From assembly GCA_049724395.1 (NCBI GenBank), contig JAUGWO010000136.1, forward strand, positions 248,001 through 281,822: a stretch of 33,822 bases of DNA. The letters are read 5' to 3'. Within the stretch, counting starts at the first letter, position 1. Each line of letters starts with the position of its first letter. Shown here one piece after another: positions 10,901 to 25,881 of the stretch. Made by a program: the position numbers and the translations under genes. Source of the DNA: Spongospora subterranea f. sp. subterranea (Eukaryota). Under the pieces are notes generated by a model that was given only the letters and a program-made list of their open reading frames with translations, did not search any database and was not told the origin of the DNA.

Positions 10901-13229
10901 TAGAAAATCGAGTCTAGGAATCTTTCAAGGTCTCGAACTAAACATTGTTCACCAGAGGTCCACAAATCAACTGTCACCACATACAAGCAGAATGAAAAAA
11001 ATCTCTACAAAAGTCTTGCCTAGACGAAGTTTTCAGTGAAGATGGAATAATCAGATTGAGGAAGAGCCTATGCTTAGAAGCACTTTGCCAAATCTTCTGA
11101 GCTGCATTGACATTGTCTGAACAATACTATCAACAAAAAATTTGAACCAATCATGACGACAATCGTTACTTTGCAGGGCAACAAACGAGGAGACAACCAA
11201 GATTGCGCGGTTAATCGGAAAATCAAGGGCCTCATAAGTCACTCCTACCAATTTTTTGACCAATTTTTACCAAAACATGAAGCACATTCAGCTCTGCCAA
11301 TACTAATCGTAACTAAAACATTATCAGAGCACGGTATTAGTGTACACGAATATATTTGTACCTTAGGCATAGCAAATTTAGAATCTGTCAAAAGTTCGCT
11401 AAGATTTTGCTCTTTGGCAGTCAATTGATAGGAGATCCACTTTGCGACCTGAAACAACGGTCAGAGATGGAAATACGCACTGAGATGGAATAACTACAAA
11501 TGCAGGATGATCAGCCATGTTATCTAATGAAGGAAATACGGACACGATACAGTCTGAGAGAGACAGCCGAAGTGACATATTCAACAAAGAAAATCTCTCA
11601 GATTCGGCGATGTCACAATTTTTCAGAATTCCAGTCGCTTGCAGGGCCTTGTAGGACGAACTTGGATATTCAAAAGCCTATGCAGCATTTGCTGAAAATA
11701 GAAAACTAGGAGCATAACAATAACTTACCGATAAACAATTGGATATAAATAAGTCTAACGCGCGCTTGGATTGCAGTTCATATACATACGATCTCATTAG
11801 AATGGAACCATTGGAAGGTAAGACTTGCAGACACTGAATAGAGAGCGTTCCAGTGGACGAATGAATAGGCAGTGCGATCATGTTGGCTGCCTGACCAGCG
11901 GACGTGTTGACACCAATACAATCTATCGTCAGTTTGGATACAGCAGATTGCTCCAAATTAACCTAACAGCAGATTTAGCGAAAAACAAATAATATCAGCA
12001 ACCATGAATTAACTTGAGCGATGTTGAAGTGAACATCTCCAAATAAAGTAGATATAAATGAAAAGTTCACTGATTCAGACGACAGCAGACTTTTCGGGCT
12101 ATTAGGCATAATATTTGCATAAAGCATACGCTTCCCAGGTATGAATAGCGATTGCAGCTTTTCAAGTTCAAACGAACCATGGCCTTGTTGAGTCAAGAAA
12201 AATTGAACGAGAAGCTCGGCATTAGATGCCGACAGAGTCTTTTCCTTGATCGATGCGCTAACAGACGTTGGGGGTGCAGCTTTCGCCGAAACAATAGACA
12301 GGATGCCTACACATAGGCTCGTCAACGAAAGATATCGGAGTAACAGCTTGGATTCACACCATCTGGGAAGGTCTCGCCGTGATGGACAATGGATAAAATG
12401 GGACGACCATTTCCCGGTAATAACTTTTGAGTATAGTCGCAATTGCCATCCCAAAAGTAAAGCCCCCCATCAGCAAATCCAATAAATACAAGCACCGACT
12501 TTGGCATGCAATAAAGGCAGCTAATCGATGCATCCGTCTCACAGCTGACAGAGTATCTGGTGGTAGAATAAAAAAAAGGAAGGTTTGTGCAAAGAAATTA
12601 GTGGGCTCAAACCTGAGTGACTTGAAAGGCATCTGACTTGTATAAATAAAACCAAACTGATTATCGTTGCTGGCAAAGCAAAGGCCATACGCACGATCAT
12701 CGTCGACCTAAACACCTAATTTTTAAAATGGTCGAAATTGCTTACGTCACTCCTACATTACGAAGATCTGTGGATGCCATCTTTACAACCACTGGATCAG
12801 ATAAAAAAGGTGCTGATGAATCGTATTTGTCGAGATCAAGAACAAACAATTCTCCGCTGACGATGTAAAGGTTTAATCAGGAGCAAAATCCGTAAACGGT
12901 CACCTAGCACCATACCTCGATAAACTAACGACAAGGCTTATCCTCTCATAAAAAGATATATCAACAACCGCCAGGATTTCAGACGCACAACGTTTGGTTT
13001 GAAGAAGCTTTTGATGTACAATTGATATGACAAATAAAACATCGTCCTGAAAAATCCATGCGTAATCGTTGCTGGCATCAATGCCTGATGAAGCTCGATC
13101 TGGTGATATGCGTCGGTCAGAAAATAGGGACGAAACTATCGGAGATAGGATCGCCGAATGCTGAGGCAATGTTAGTAAATTAGAGAATGGATCAGCAGAC
13201 GTTCCAATGTCGCCTTGTCGCGGAATCAT
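7940..13229 (-). CDS. AHCTF1: Large multi-exon ELYS/AHCTF1 (MEL-28)-like nucleoporin with C-terminal AT-hook tail
   Basis: Chain of minus-strand exons. N-terminal beta-propeller-like segments (YAWIFQDDVLFVIS, LVFIGFADGGLYFWD); ELYS-domain-like segments (IKCLWHLD, KNHSAALRA, LLLENSKINE, LFSIPLRAQEVERL); then a ~500-aa S/T/P/K-rich tail with KKRGRPPKR and RKSGRPPK. Joining into one gene and the ATG at 13229 are inferred. Confidence 0.62.
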
Positions 13230-13838
13230 CTCGATTCCGAACCTATGAAAAGCGGCTATTTGAGAAAGTCCGCTTCTTTCATCCGTACTGCAAATAGTGG
13301 GGAACACCTTTGTACTCTTGTTCTGACGCTATCGCTCTCGATGTTCTCGTTTCTATTGGTATTAGACTTGCGCTTTTGGAGAATTGCCGACAGAAAGCGT
13401 AGAAAGAGTCAAATCCGCACTGCCCGAGAAATGGCTCCAACTTAGTTTGGATGGTAGTTTACTGTTGACAAGAAGCACACTTGATCACCCGCATATATAT
13501 ACAATGTATTTTCAGATTGAGAGACCACTTATTGGAAGATATTGCAAATTTTAGAGCACTCAGCTGCTATTATGCATATTCAGTGGTGAAGACGTAGAGT
13601 AGTTTCAAGCTCTACTATTTTATTAACAATAATGTACAAACATGTTTATGTGTTTAATGTAGAGTACATTTTCGAGCGGCGTGAAAACAACGGTGATGAC
13701 TGTGTTGTACATGATGATTGATGAATGGATTGTGAGTGCGGACTGCAGAGTGTAACGGGGTACCGCCGTTGTGATCTGCCACTGCCAGACAGTGTGACGG
13801 GGTGCAAGTTCGCCACGGATCTCGTTTCAGTTGTTATC

Positions 13839-15412
13839 ATGATCAGTGTACTGCAAAGAAGATTGGCCATCAGGTCCATCGTTCGGAGCAACAGGGGGTT
13901 TCTTTCTGCGGAGGGGGGCGGAAATAATCGAAACGGGTCTGATGACGATTCAGGCCGGCCGGTTAAACCCGCTTCAACGTTGGCTGATAACAAGACTAGT
14001 TTATTGTCGCATGATAAGCTCATTGAATCATTGCGTTCATCTTTACGAGCTTCTGAAAAAAACTCGTTCAGTGGTGGATCTTCCGAGAATCGAAATTCTG
14101 GGTAATATTTACATACAATTTGCAAAAAAGCAACTTTAGTCACGCTACGATCCACCTTCTACAGACTATTCGGGGGATTTTACGGGGGAGCAGGCAGTGA
14201 TGATGAACCAGAAGACCGCAGCGTTTTACAATCTCTCAGAAAACTAGAAGCTCAATATCGTAAATGGGGGCAGATTGACCAAGCAAATCTGGTATGAATG
14301 TTTCGTCTTCATCATGTGTTTGTAAACTGGTCCTTTAGCTCAACAAAGAAATCGCCGCCATTTCTTCGGCCGCGCGTGCTCGGCGATCATCAAGATGGGG
14401 CTCAACATATCATAAACCGCAACCATCGGGTGAGATATCTGCAACGGTGGAGCAGAATGTTCGTGCCGAATCAACTGGTTAGAAGCTTTCCTAAAACCCT
14501 GCACGCTTCGTCATTAGTATTACAACTAGGCATCAAGGAGTTAATACAGCAAGGATTGACCGAAACTGACGCCACTGAGAAAGTTCTTCTGGATTCCGAA
14601 GCTAATTCAAATTGGATACTTGGTTTGTCTCGCATTCTTTCCTAAGTTTTACTCATATGCTCAGTCAAATCCTGACTTTAGGGCCATTGGATCCTGCAAA
14701 ACGGTCACGCTGGCAACGCGTGAGGGAACAAGTCATAAGTGGAGATATAGACTTGGACGACTCAAGCAGCATCGGATCGAAACTTAAGCAGTACTCTTTC
14801 GATAGCGAAAATTTTCAAGAAGAAGAAGAAGTGCCTCTTGACTCTGAAGAGGAATCTGCGCCTTTGCCTAATACTTTGCCGCAATATCGAGTCAGAAATG
14901 TTGACGAGTTCGGCCGAGCATATGGAACCGGTATTTTATTCGCAGTCGCATGCTCTTCATACATTACATGGGTTTTTAGGCAGAAGAAAAACTTCAGTGG
15001 CGCGCGTTTGGCTGACTCCGGCCAAAACGGCGAACAACGGCATTCACATGATCATCAACGGACGTGATTACCTTGAATACTTTACTCGAATTGAGTACAG
15101 GCTTTCAATATTTGAGCCGCTCCTTTGCACTGGAAAGTATGGGGATTTCGATATTCGAGCCACAGTCAAAGGTTGTTGTTCACGTTACGGTACTTTTCCA
15201 GTCAGAAATTGACGTATATTCCAGGAGGAGGGATTACTGGCCAAGCAGGTGCCATCCGCCTTGGTGTTGCGCGTGCGCTGCAAAACTTTGACCCAGACCT
15301 TCGCCCGGTTTTGAAACGATCAAAACTTCTAACCCGAGATCCTCGGATGGTAGAACGCAAGAAACCCGGTCGACTCAAGGCCCGAAAAAGTTTCCCGTTT
15401 GTAAAGCGCTGA
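13839..15412 (+). CDS. MRPS9: Mitochondrial ribosomal protein uS9m with long N-terminal extension (multi-exon)
   Basis: Arg-rich presequence [23 protein letters not shown]. Spliced C-terminal S9 domain [18 protein letters not shown]...[27 protein letters not shown]...[28 protein letters not shown] (introns 14931-14979, 15172-15224, plus upstream ones). Confidence 0.9.
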
Positions 15413-15610
15413 GGCTTTGGGCAATTCTAATCATTAAAATCTCACATCTTCTTGCGGTTCGTTGATTCAACTGTAAATATTGTCGTTGACTCATCGACAT
15501 TTGATGTTGTTGGTAGTAAAGTGGTGCCATATTGCTTTGCAAACCTGTATCGGCTAGGTCCTTAATATCAGTGGTATTCTATTTATTAACTATTTATTGT
15601 GTTTGTGTTA

Positions 15611-16105
15611 ATGAACAATATTATTATGCCGTCTCCGATCAAGGCCACTTCACACTTCCCACCGACAAGTTCGCCTTACTCAGAGAGAGTCATGATTTTC
15701 GAAGCTTCTGCTTTTAAGCCAGTTGTATCCAGCAAGCCAAGATGTCAGAACGAGCTGGAAATACCATTTAGCGCTTCCGTTCTTGACCCGACTCTAAAAA
15801 AAAAGAAAGAAAAATTCACATGCTGTGTTTGCCACAAAAGCTTCACGCGGTTATTCTCATTGAAAATGCATCTTTACCTTCATCAAAGTACCCTTCCGTA
15901 TCAATGCGCTTACTGCAGCAAACAATTCACTACGGCGCGTCATCGGGATACCCACATGAGGGTTCATACAGGAGAACGACCGTTCTCATGTTCCTTTGGC
16001 GAATGCAAATCTGCGTTCACGGTCAAAAGTTCGCTCCGAAGGCACCAGCTAACATGCGTTCATAAAGACGGTCATGGAGGTTTTCTTGAATCTGTTGGAA
16101 GCTAA
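15611..16105 (+). CDS. Intronless C2H2 zinc-finger protein (3 fingers)
   Basis: CCVCHKSF..LKMHLYLH, CAYCSKQF..DTHMRVH-TGERPF, CSFGECKSAF..LRRHQLTC. The start is ATG 15611 or 15626. Confidence 0.8.
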   Translation: MNNIIMPSPIKATSHFPPTSSPYSERVMIFEASAFKPVVSSKPRCQNELEIPFSASVLDPTLKKKKEKFTCCVCHKSFTRLFSLKMHLYLHQSTLPYQCAYCSKQFTTARHRDTHMRVHTGERPFSCSFGECKSAFTVKSSLRRHQLTCVHKDGHGGFLESVGS

Positions 16106-16411
16106 TTTAACAAGAGTAATTTAAGCAAGATAACTCGGACGTGATATGGCAAAAATTGTCATGTTGATCTGCAATTTATACTATTTTTACCCAGAACTCG
16201 ATTACATACATAGCCAAAAACGATTTAATCCAAAATATCCCTTGATTCAAATATTGTGATGAAATACATAACGCCACGAGTAATGGTTTTCAGATGATGC
16301 TAGGGTCAGGAACAAAGAGTATAAATGTACAAAGAGGCTGGGATTATTTTTATAGTACATAAACAGAATGACAGATTGTTCCGACAATAGATTGTATACG
16401 CATTATCTAGG

Positions 16412-17345
16412 CTATAATGAATCATGTTCATTGTTGTGGGACCGCAAATGCCATTCTAAGCTTGATTTCTGCGAAAATGTTAGTTCGACGCAAACTCTGA
16501 TTTTCAGAACGCAACTTACCCATGAAAACCGTTTTTGACATATTTCACAAGCGAATGGCCTTTCGCCGCTGTGTAATCGCAGATGTCTGGAGAGATTGGA
16601 ACTATCCGCAAAACTCTTGTCGCATTGTGGACATTGAAGAGGTTTTTCCCCCTAACCGATAAAAGATCAAATTTGGTAGCCGTGACAATTTACAGATTCC
16701 TTACGGTATGGGTTCGCTGATGACGAGATAAGCCTGACCGCCGCGCAAAACTCTTTGGGCAGTGCTCGCAGACGTATGGCATTTCTCCAGTATGAATCCT
16801 GTACAATCGTAATAAGACACATGAGATGTGGTGCAGATGAGCAAACGTACCGCATATGAGCTTGAAGGTTGTTGCCACGGCTGAACACTTTGGAGCACTA
16901 TTCGATAATGTCAGCTGCACGTATTGGTGATAGAAATCCACATCTATACCTGTTGACACGCAAACATCTTCTTTCCTCCTGAATCTATTTGATCCTTCAT
17001 TCTTCGCCGGATTGATTTAGGCGGGAGTCCGATCGGAACCATCATCCCTGAATTGCTACCCATTCCGATAGGTAATGTGTTGCCGTTCAACGATCTTAAA
17101 GGAACTTCGACTGCTAGAAATGGAGAATCTAGAGAGTTGTATGAGGCTGAGAAATCCGGCCATGAGGTTTGGCTTGGATTGAGCATATTATTTGGATCGC
17201 GAGGCAAACCAAACGTCGACGAGTGAAATGTTCCCAGCCCATCCACGAAAGAAAGGGCATCGGGTAAACACGAATCAGGGGTCTCGTAGGCGACAGGACG
17301 GGATAAGTCAAACATGTTGATGCGGCTGCAACATGAAGGATCCAT
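16412..17345 (-). CDS. C2H2 zinc-finger transcription factor (4 fingers, 4 introns)
   Basis: Spliced: [107 protein letters not shown]...*, with TAG at 16412-16414. Confidence 0.85.
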
Positions 17346-17952
17346 GAGGAGTGGTGATGTGTGACGGCTGACGAAACTTTTCGAACGATTTGGCAAGACT
17401 TTCACCCTGACCAGCTGTGACCGCTCGTTTTCGCTAAGCGCTAATAGTTGGTGGTGAACTGAACTCTCTGACAGAACCAAACGAGCAGAAGCGCTTGTCG
17501 ATCGAAAACCTTCACAGTGTCACTCACTGTGAATTGCTAAATGCACAGTGATTCGTATCAAAGCCATATACTTCAGTCTTCACGTGTTGCTATCTGTCAC
17601 ATATAACATTAACGTGGAGTAAAGATCTGTGGGGGGGCCTCTACTGAGGTGTCGATACTCCACCTTCTTCGTTTCCCAGTATCGGTTGTTATCGTGTGGT
17701 TTCTATACAGTCGGTATCTCTGTCACGAATACCTCAGTCGTCGGGCGAACGTTTCATGGCTGGACGAGTTTGTGGTTCGAGCCCGACCCGGTTCACCCTG
17801 GCCAAGTGTCGCGTTATGTCGTTCGAATCCGTTATGTAGAAAATGCTATAAGCTGCCGTGTCGTGTGGGCGAATGGATCGGACCACTAACCGCCGTCTCC
17901 ATCGTTATCTGCTATATCGTGTACAAATTATGTCCTCGAGGACGAATGCTTC

Positions 17953-18631
17953 TCATTTTGGACTTTCGCAGTTTTTGGAGATGACTCTTGCACAGGACAT
18001 ATTCGCTTCTCGTTGACTGTTATTTCGAATATCCAAGCGACAAAGCTGGTTGCACCAAGGGCCTTTCCTGTGATTTTGGGCAACTTGTTGATAGAAGGGC
18101 TTATTTTTTTATATTACTCCAACGTGGTTTCGAAGCAAACGATGTGCTGTGAAGTCATGACCTGAATTTCCAAAAATATCTGCTCATAGATTGTTTTACC
18201 GACTGTTTCCCATGGTCAGGTCGACCAGGCGCCCGTTGCTGCAAATTATGCTCGGGTTTTACAGTTTCTATATAAGGTTGATGATCTAATTTGAGTTCTC
18301 ACTTATATATTTTTATACAATATTGTTACCATTGAGCAGATTGCAATAGAATTTTTGCCGACGCCTGTGGCCATGCTGTGAATTGTTTCATGGGTGTTCA
18401 GGGCACGTATGCTTGCTTGACTCTTGAATCATTTTGGCATGAACCATGCCATCGTGACCTCCGAAATGACGAGCGAGTACCAGAGATATTTTGTTTTGCG
18501 TGTAAATATATCGAACGTCTTTTGACGTATTCACCTTTGTTTGCAATTTAACAATTCGAGGGGCAGTTGTTGTTAACCTCGTGGTCTCTCTATGGCGTCG
18601 ATGGCGAAAATTCTACCTGAATCGCCTGCAT
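17953..18631 (-). CDS. Putative small multi-exon hypothetical protein
   Basis: ATG at 18631 followed by a series of GT-AG-bounded mini-exons that splice in frame (MQAIQ|VNTSKDVRYIYTQNKISL|HGHRRRQKFYCNLLN|DHQPYIETV...|VMTSQHIVCFETTL|EKGPWCNQLC...*). No recognised family. Confidence 0.3.
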
Positions 18632-18846
18632 TTTGACGACTGGTTTCGTGGTGGAAGAATCAACTGCAATGCGGCAAGGGATGACGAACCGTCCGTTTAG
18701 GGTCACTCTCTTTCAAGATCCTCGCCGTTACTTAGTTCAATTTATAATCTATGCTGTGAGCTTATCGACAGGCTGCTTTGACATGACTGTGCAATAAGGG
18801 ACTGTTGAGTACAGTATATGTCAAAATTAAGGAATGTTTCTATATA

Positions 18847-19874
18847 TTAGCGTCGGAATATTAAAATTAATATGCAAATTAGGCATGCCATGAACAGGAT
18901 TACAATACAGCAAGTGGTTTTGCCGCGTTTCTGATACTCTTCGGCTTTCAGAAGTTCTGTAGTTCCCGCTTTTACCTGCTGCATTGACTGTTCAACATTG
19001 TAGTCAATTCTGTCCAGCACGGAGCCTTGTTCTACTACGAGGATAGAGAGTTCTCTGAAAATCATTGCTAAATCGTTGATTGATTGAGCGATTTGCGCTA
19101 TCTCCCGCTCCCTTTCATCAGTGCTGGATTTTGCTTCCTCCAATTGCACAAGTTGTGACTCTGTAAAACCAGTATCCAATCCTTCCTCGAATGACCTCCG
19201 TCTTGTATCATCCTCATCAAAAAACTTGTTGGTTGAGTCATTTCTGCCCTGCAACCCTGAAAACACCGAATTGAAATCTTGAAATATCTTAAACACATTG
19301 TGGCCGTACTCAAAAGAAAATCCTTTTGCATATTGCGGAACTGTTTCGAGCTATTCTGAAGTTTGGCCCCCAGCGATCTCATCACGTTGAGCCTTACGGT
19401 TTTTTCTTCTTGAGAAAGTGATGTTGCTGAAAGGTTACCAATCGTAGCAATTCGCTTCAACTTTGCTTCTGACTTCCGGAAAAACTGAAATTATGGGATC
19501 GTCAGGATCGACAAGGATCTTTGTGAATATATAGCTATTGATTATAGGCTTACGGAAGTTATCGCCTGAGCCTTCGCGTCAATCGTCTTGTCCTGTTCTT
19601 GTTCGTCGTCAGAAAACGACACCTTCAATCGCTTGTTATGAAGTTCTGCAAGCGCCGTAATTCCTTTATTGATGTCGACAAGATTGTTTTCGATCTCTTC
19701 GACAATATCAACCCAAACTGGGGGTCCGCCGGACCCTAACCCAGCGTTGTATCCATTGCTCAAAAGCCCATCTTCATCCCCATCTGGTTCTGCATTGCCA
19801 TCCAATGTGGCCCCGAACGACCGCCAATGCTGTCTCTCTGCAGTAAATCTGGCTGTCAGATTCCGGCAAGCCAT
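18847..19874 (-). CDS. STX16: Syntaxin-16/Tlg2/SYP4-type Qa-SNARE (2 introns)
   Basis: N-peptide MACRNLTARF, PPVWVDIVEEI, SNARE motif EREREIAQIAQSINDLAMIFRELSILVVEQGSVLDRIDYNVE and a C-terminal TM anchor. Confidence 0.93.
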
Positions 19875-21087
19875 TGCTATAGAGAGGTTCGTATGTGACT
19901 GGAAAGTGTCGCCTTTTAAGTCGACTCGTGTATATATACCCCATACGATGGATGCGTGATTTCAGTGTGAATTGTTCTCCATCTGCCAATGAGAATTGAA
20001 CCCCTAATAATTCACTACATCGCCTCGTCCGTGACATTTCGCTAATCCCATGGGTTAATTCAAAGTAAGACGATGCATAGCCGTGTGGAGATTATCGGTC
20101 GTCGTCAAAGCAGTAATGGGCATTCGTGTGCATTGCACGATTGTTGTGGAGAGCGAATCGCTGTCGGTGATTTAGCCCGATTCAAAGACACCATATTCGA
20201 TGATTCTCAAGTGTTCTGTGTAAATTTTTAAAGACGAACCCAATGATGAGTTGTATTTAGAAAATTCGGGCTTGGAAGAGGCAATTGCGTGTGTTCATAT
20301 AAATGATGGTCGAGAATCCTGTAAGATTGGGTTTCCCTGTCAAATACTTTGCGAGCGGAGATCAATTTCTGGAGAATTTCGCACAGGTGCTTGAGCTTTT
20401 CGAAAATATTGGCAGTTCTTACAAACGCAGAAAAGACGTGGAGTTTTGTGGTGTGGCAGAGTGCATGTTTCTGAATGGTATCCCATCTTGGGTATAGGTA
20501 GCCTGTGTTTATATAACAGTAGTCATTATCGCAATTGCTTCTTCAGGCAGGTTTGCCAGCGTAGCGACAATTGGGACGTTGACAGATGCAATACCAACAT
20601 GTCTCCACGTATTTGTTATCGTGGTTAGCGTAACTGAAGCCCAGCCTTGTCAGGCGATATCTATCCTCTTTGGACTTACGGCCAGTTGTCTCCTCAAACA
20701 TCTCCATCATCCCGTCGTCTATTTAGTTCAAGGTGTAGTCGTGAAATGGCGTGTTAATACGGATGTCCAGCACTAAAGAACAAGTAATAACAAGTTCAAA
20801 TAGTGGTCAACGCCTGTGTCTGCCCAACTTGATGCGTTCGGGTACGCTCTTCGATTTTACCTGAGGGATACTTGTATCGCTGTACATCTGCTTGTTCCCC
20901 CCATCAGTTCGCATCCCATTTAGAGAGCGTTTACTAAATAACTGATCGGGCCGGACTGTTCTTCTAACAACAATAGCCAAATAGCCAGTATCTTTTCCTA
21001 TAGAGGCTGCCGGGAAGATTGGTTCGTCCCATGTTTTGAAAGATAGTAGATTTACGTGTAGAGGTTACAGTGGAAGGGCGGACCCAA

Positions 21088-21781
21088 CTAGCTGATTGCT
21101 GGATCGTGTTCTACCTTGTAGGTAGGAGAGAAGCATTCAGGTGTGTCTAACCAAAAGATAGACACTGATTCTTGGAAATCACATGGCTATGAATAGTGGC
21201 AAATCTAGCGATATACAGGAATGGCCAAGATTTAGTTATGATTTTTTGAATATTTGCGGACACTTCACCATCTTGTCTCGATAATCTCTTCAATTTTCCT
21301 GACATGCGACTATTATACATGGTTTTTGGAGGCTTTGCTGATTTTGGCTTAGATGATGAGTTTGGTTTGGCACTGGTTGTCGATTTAACAAACGTTTTAC
21401 CGAGAGACGGATCCTCACTCGCACTGGACCTTGATAACTTCAATTCTAATGCTCTGTTATTTTTTGACCAATCATTGTAAGAACAAGCATACCGCATTCT
21501 TTGGACTTCCTTTTTTTGCTATTCTTTTTGCTTGACTTAACAGTCAACGATTTAGCCAATTTGTCGTACATGTTTTCAAAGTCATTGCTCCAGTCTTCAT
21601 TCATGCCAATGCCAGAGTTATCAGGTTTAATTATAGTCGATACAGGACGTGAGTTTCCCTGCTCGTGTTTGCCCAATCCTAAAAACCCAATAAATTAAAG
21701 ATGGTGTATGAACTCAATATCAACTGTTTTGCCTTGCCCAGGTTGCCAGCCCATTTTCTGTAGCATGTTGAACGCCTTCAT
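21088..21781 (-). CDS. G-patch domain nucleolar protein (GPATCH4/PINX1-like), multi-exon
   Basis: MKAFNMLQKMGWQPGQG|LGKHEQGNSRPVSTIIKPDNSGIG is a G-patch. It is followed by DWSNDFENMYDK, Lys-rich segments and SGKLKRLSRQD. Both ends are approximate and an upstream exon is possible. Confidence 0.75.
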
Positions 21782-22529
21782 ATTAGTTCCCTACAAATTC
21801 GTCAAACTTCGATGTCAACTCCGATTGAATTTGTCACAGCAGTTTCAAGTATCAAATTAATTGCGGGAAATTTTGCGTGAAAAGCCTTCGCTGCAGCGCA
21901 GGATGAAGTTCAGGAATCCTTTTCTCGCAAATATTAAATGTCACTTTGCAAATAGAGTACATCGTCAGGTTGTACTGGGTTGCCCGACGCAATATTCAGC
22001 TTTTGGCGATCAGAACGGAAAATTGTCGAATGTCACTGTGTTAGGAGTCAATGAAGAACAGTTCGAACTGAAGCGGATTGAGCGCAATCTGATCGCATGG
22101 GGGACAAAACCGAGCTCCTTTGTGGCACATCCGTGAGCATCACGTAGCCTTCAAACAAGTGGCAAATTCGTGTTTGATGGATGCCCTACTCTCAGCGATC
22201 AGAATCAAGAGTACCTTTTCGCGAGTTTGGTGAAATTCTCGTTTTAGCGAGGCCCTAGACAAGGTTTTGGTCAAATCCCAGTCGTTCAGTGGCCAATGGC
22301 CATTGGGTCAGCACTGGTTAGCCACTAGCCACTACAGTCCAGGCAGGCCATCCGGTGGCACCTGCAGTGTATGTCCGATAGCCGTCAAGAACTACAGTCG
22401 GGCAGTCCGCCGCAGTGACCCTCCGGACCTCCGGAGTCCGTCTAGGCCAACTTATCGAGTGTCGTTGCCACTGTCCCCACCATTTTAGTGTCTGCGTTTT
22501 AGGGTGTTGACAGTTGATATTGCCCAGAA

Positions 22530-25393
<2,864 letters not shown>

Positions 25394-25441
25394 GTTCGAA
25401 TTTTCAGATAAACAAAAGCGGTTTTGTCAGTTTACCAGGGC

Positions 25442-25607
25442 CACCGAAGTGCCAGTTGGCGACTGTCTATGTTCACTTATTGTATCTATCACATTCTGGG
25501 TCTGTGGGTGCTGTACAGTGTAATCATGTACACCGACGTGCCAGTTGGCGACTTTCTATGTTCACTTATTGTATCTATCACATTCTGGGTCTGTGGGTGG
25601 GGTACAG
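25442..25607. repeat. 89-bp tandem repeat, left array (~1.9 units)
   Basis: CACCGA(A/C)GTGCCAGTTGGCGACT...TCACATTCTGGGTCTGTGGGTG starts at 25442 and again at 25531. Confidence 0.92.
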
Positions 25608-25616
25608 ATTGATTGA

Positions 25617-25756
25617 AAATTGATCGAAACTGTGCGCAGCCCGTCTGTGGATACACTAAGCAAAACACTGCCATACGTACAATTGATCGACAAGAATAAT
25701 TATTGATCGAGATCGAAATTGATCGAAGCCGTGGGCAGCCCGTCTTTGATTGCACT
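25617..25756. repeat. Diverged ~41-bp direct repeat with clustered TTGATCGA motifs
   Basis: AAATTGATCGAAACTGTGCGCAGCCCGTCTGTGGATACACT (25617) versus AAATTGATCGAAGCCGTGGGCAGCCCGTCTTTGATTGCACT (25716). TTGATCGA occurs at 25620, 25683, 25703 and 25719. Confidence 0.7.
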
Positions 25757-25881
25757 GGGTTTATATAAATTCTGTGCGACTGACCGATAATGGAATTTAA
25801 TCGAAGACGTCATTTTCGGCTATTTTTCCCACGACGGGTGTGCTTGTCGAGTTTGCTGAGAGTATTAGGATTTTCAAAATC

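Noticed and set aside
17649..17984. Plus-strand Cys-rich membrane-protein ORF
   Set aside because: GTG start, no in-frame ATG near the beginning and no recognisable family.
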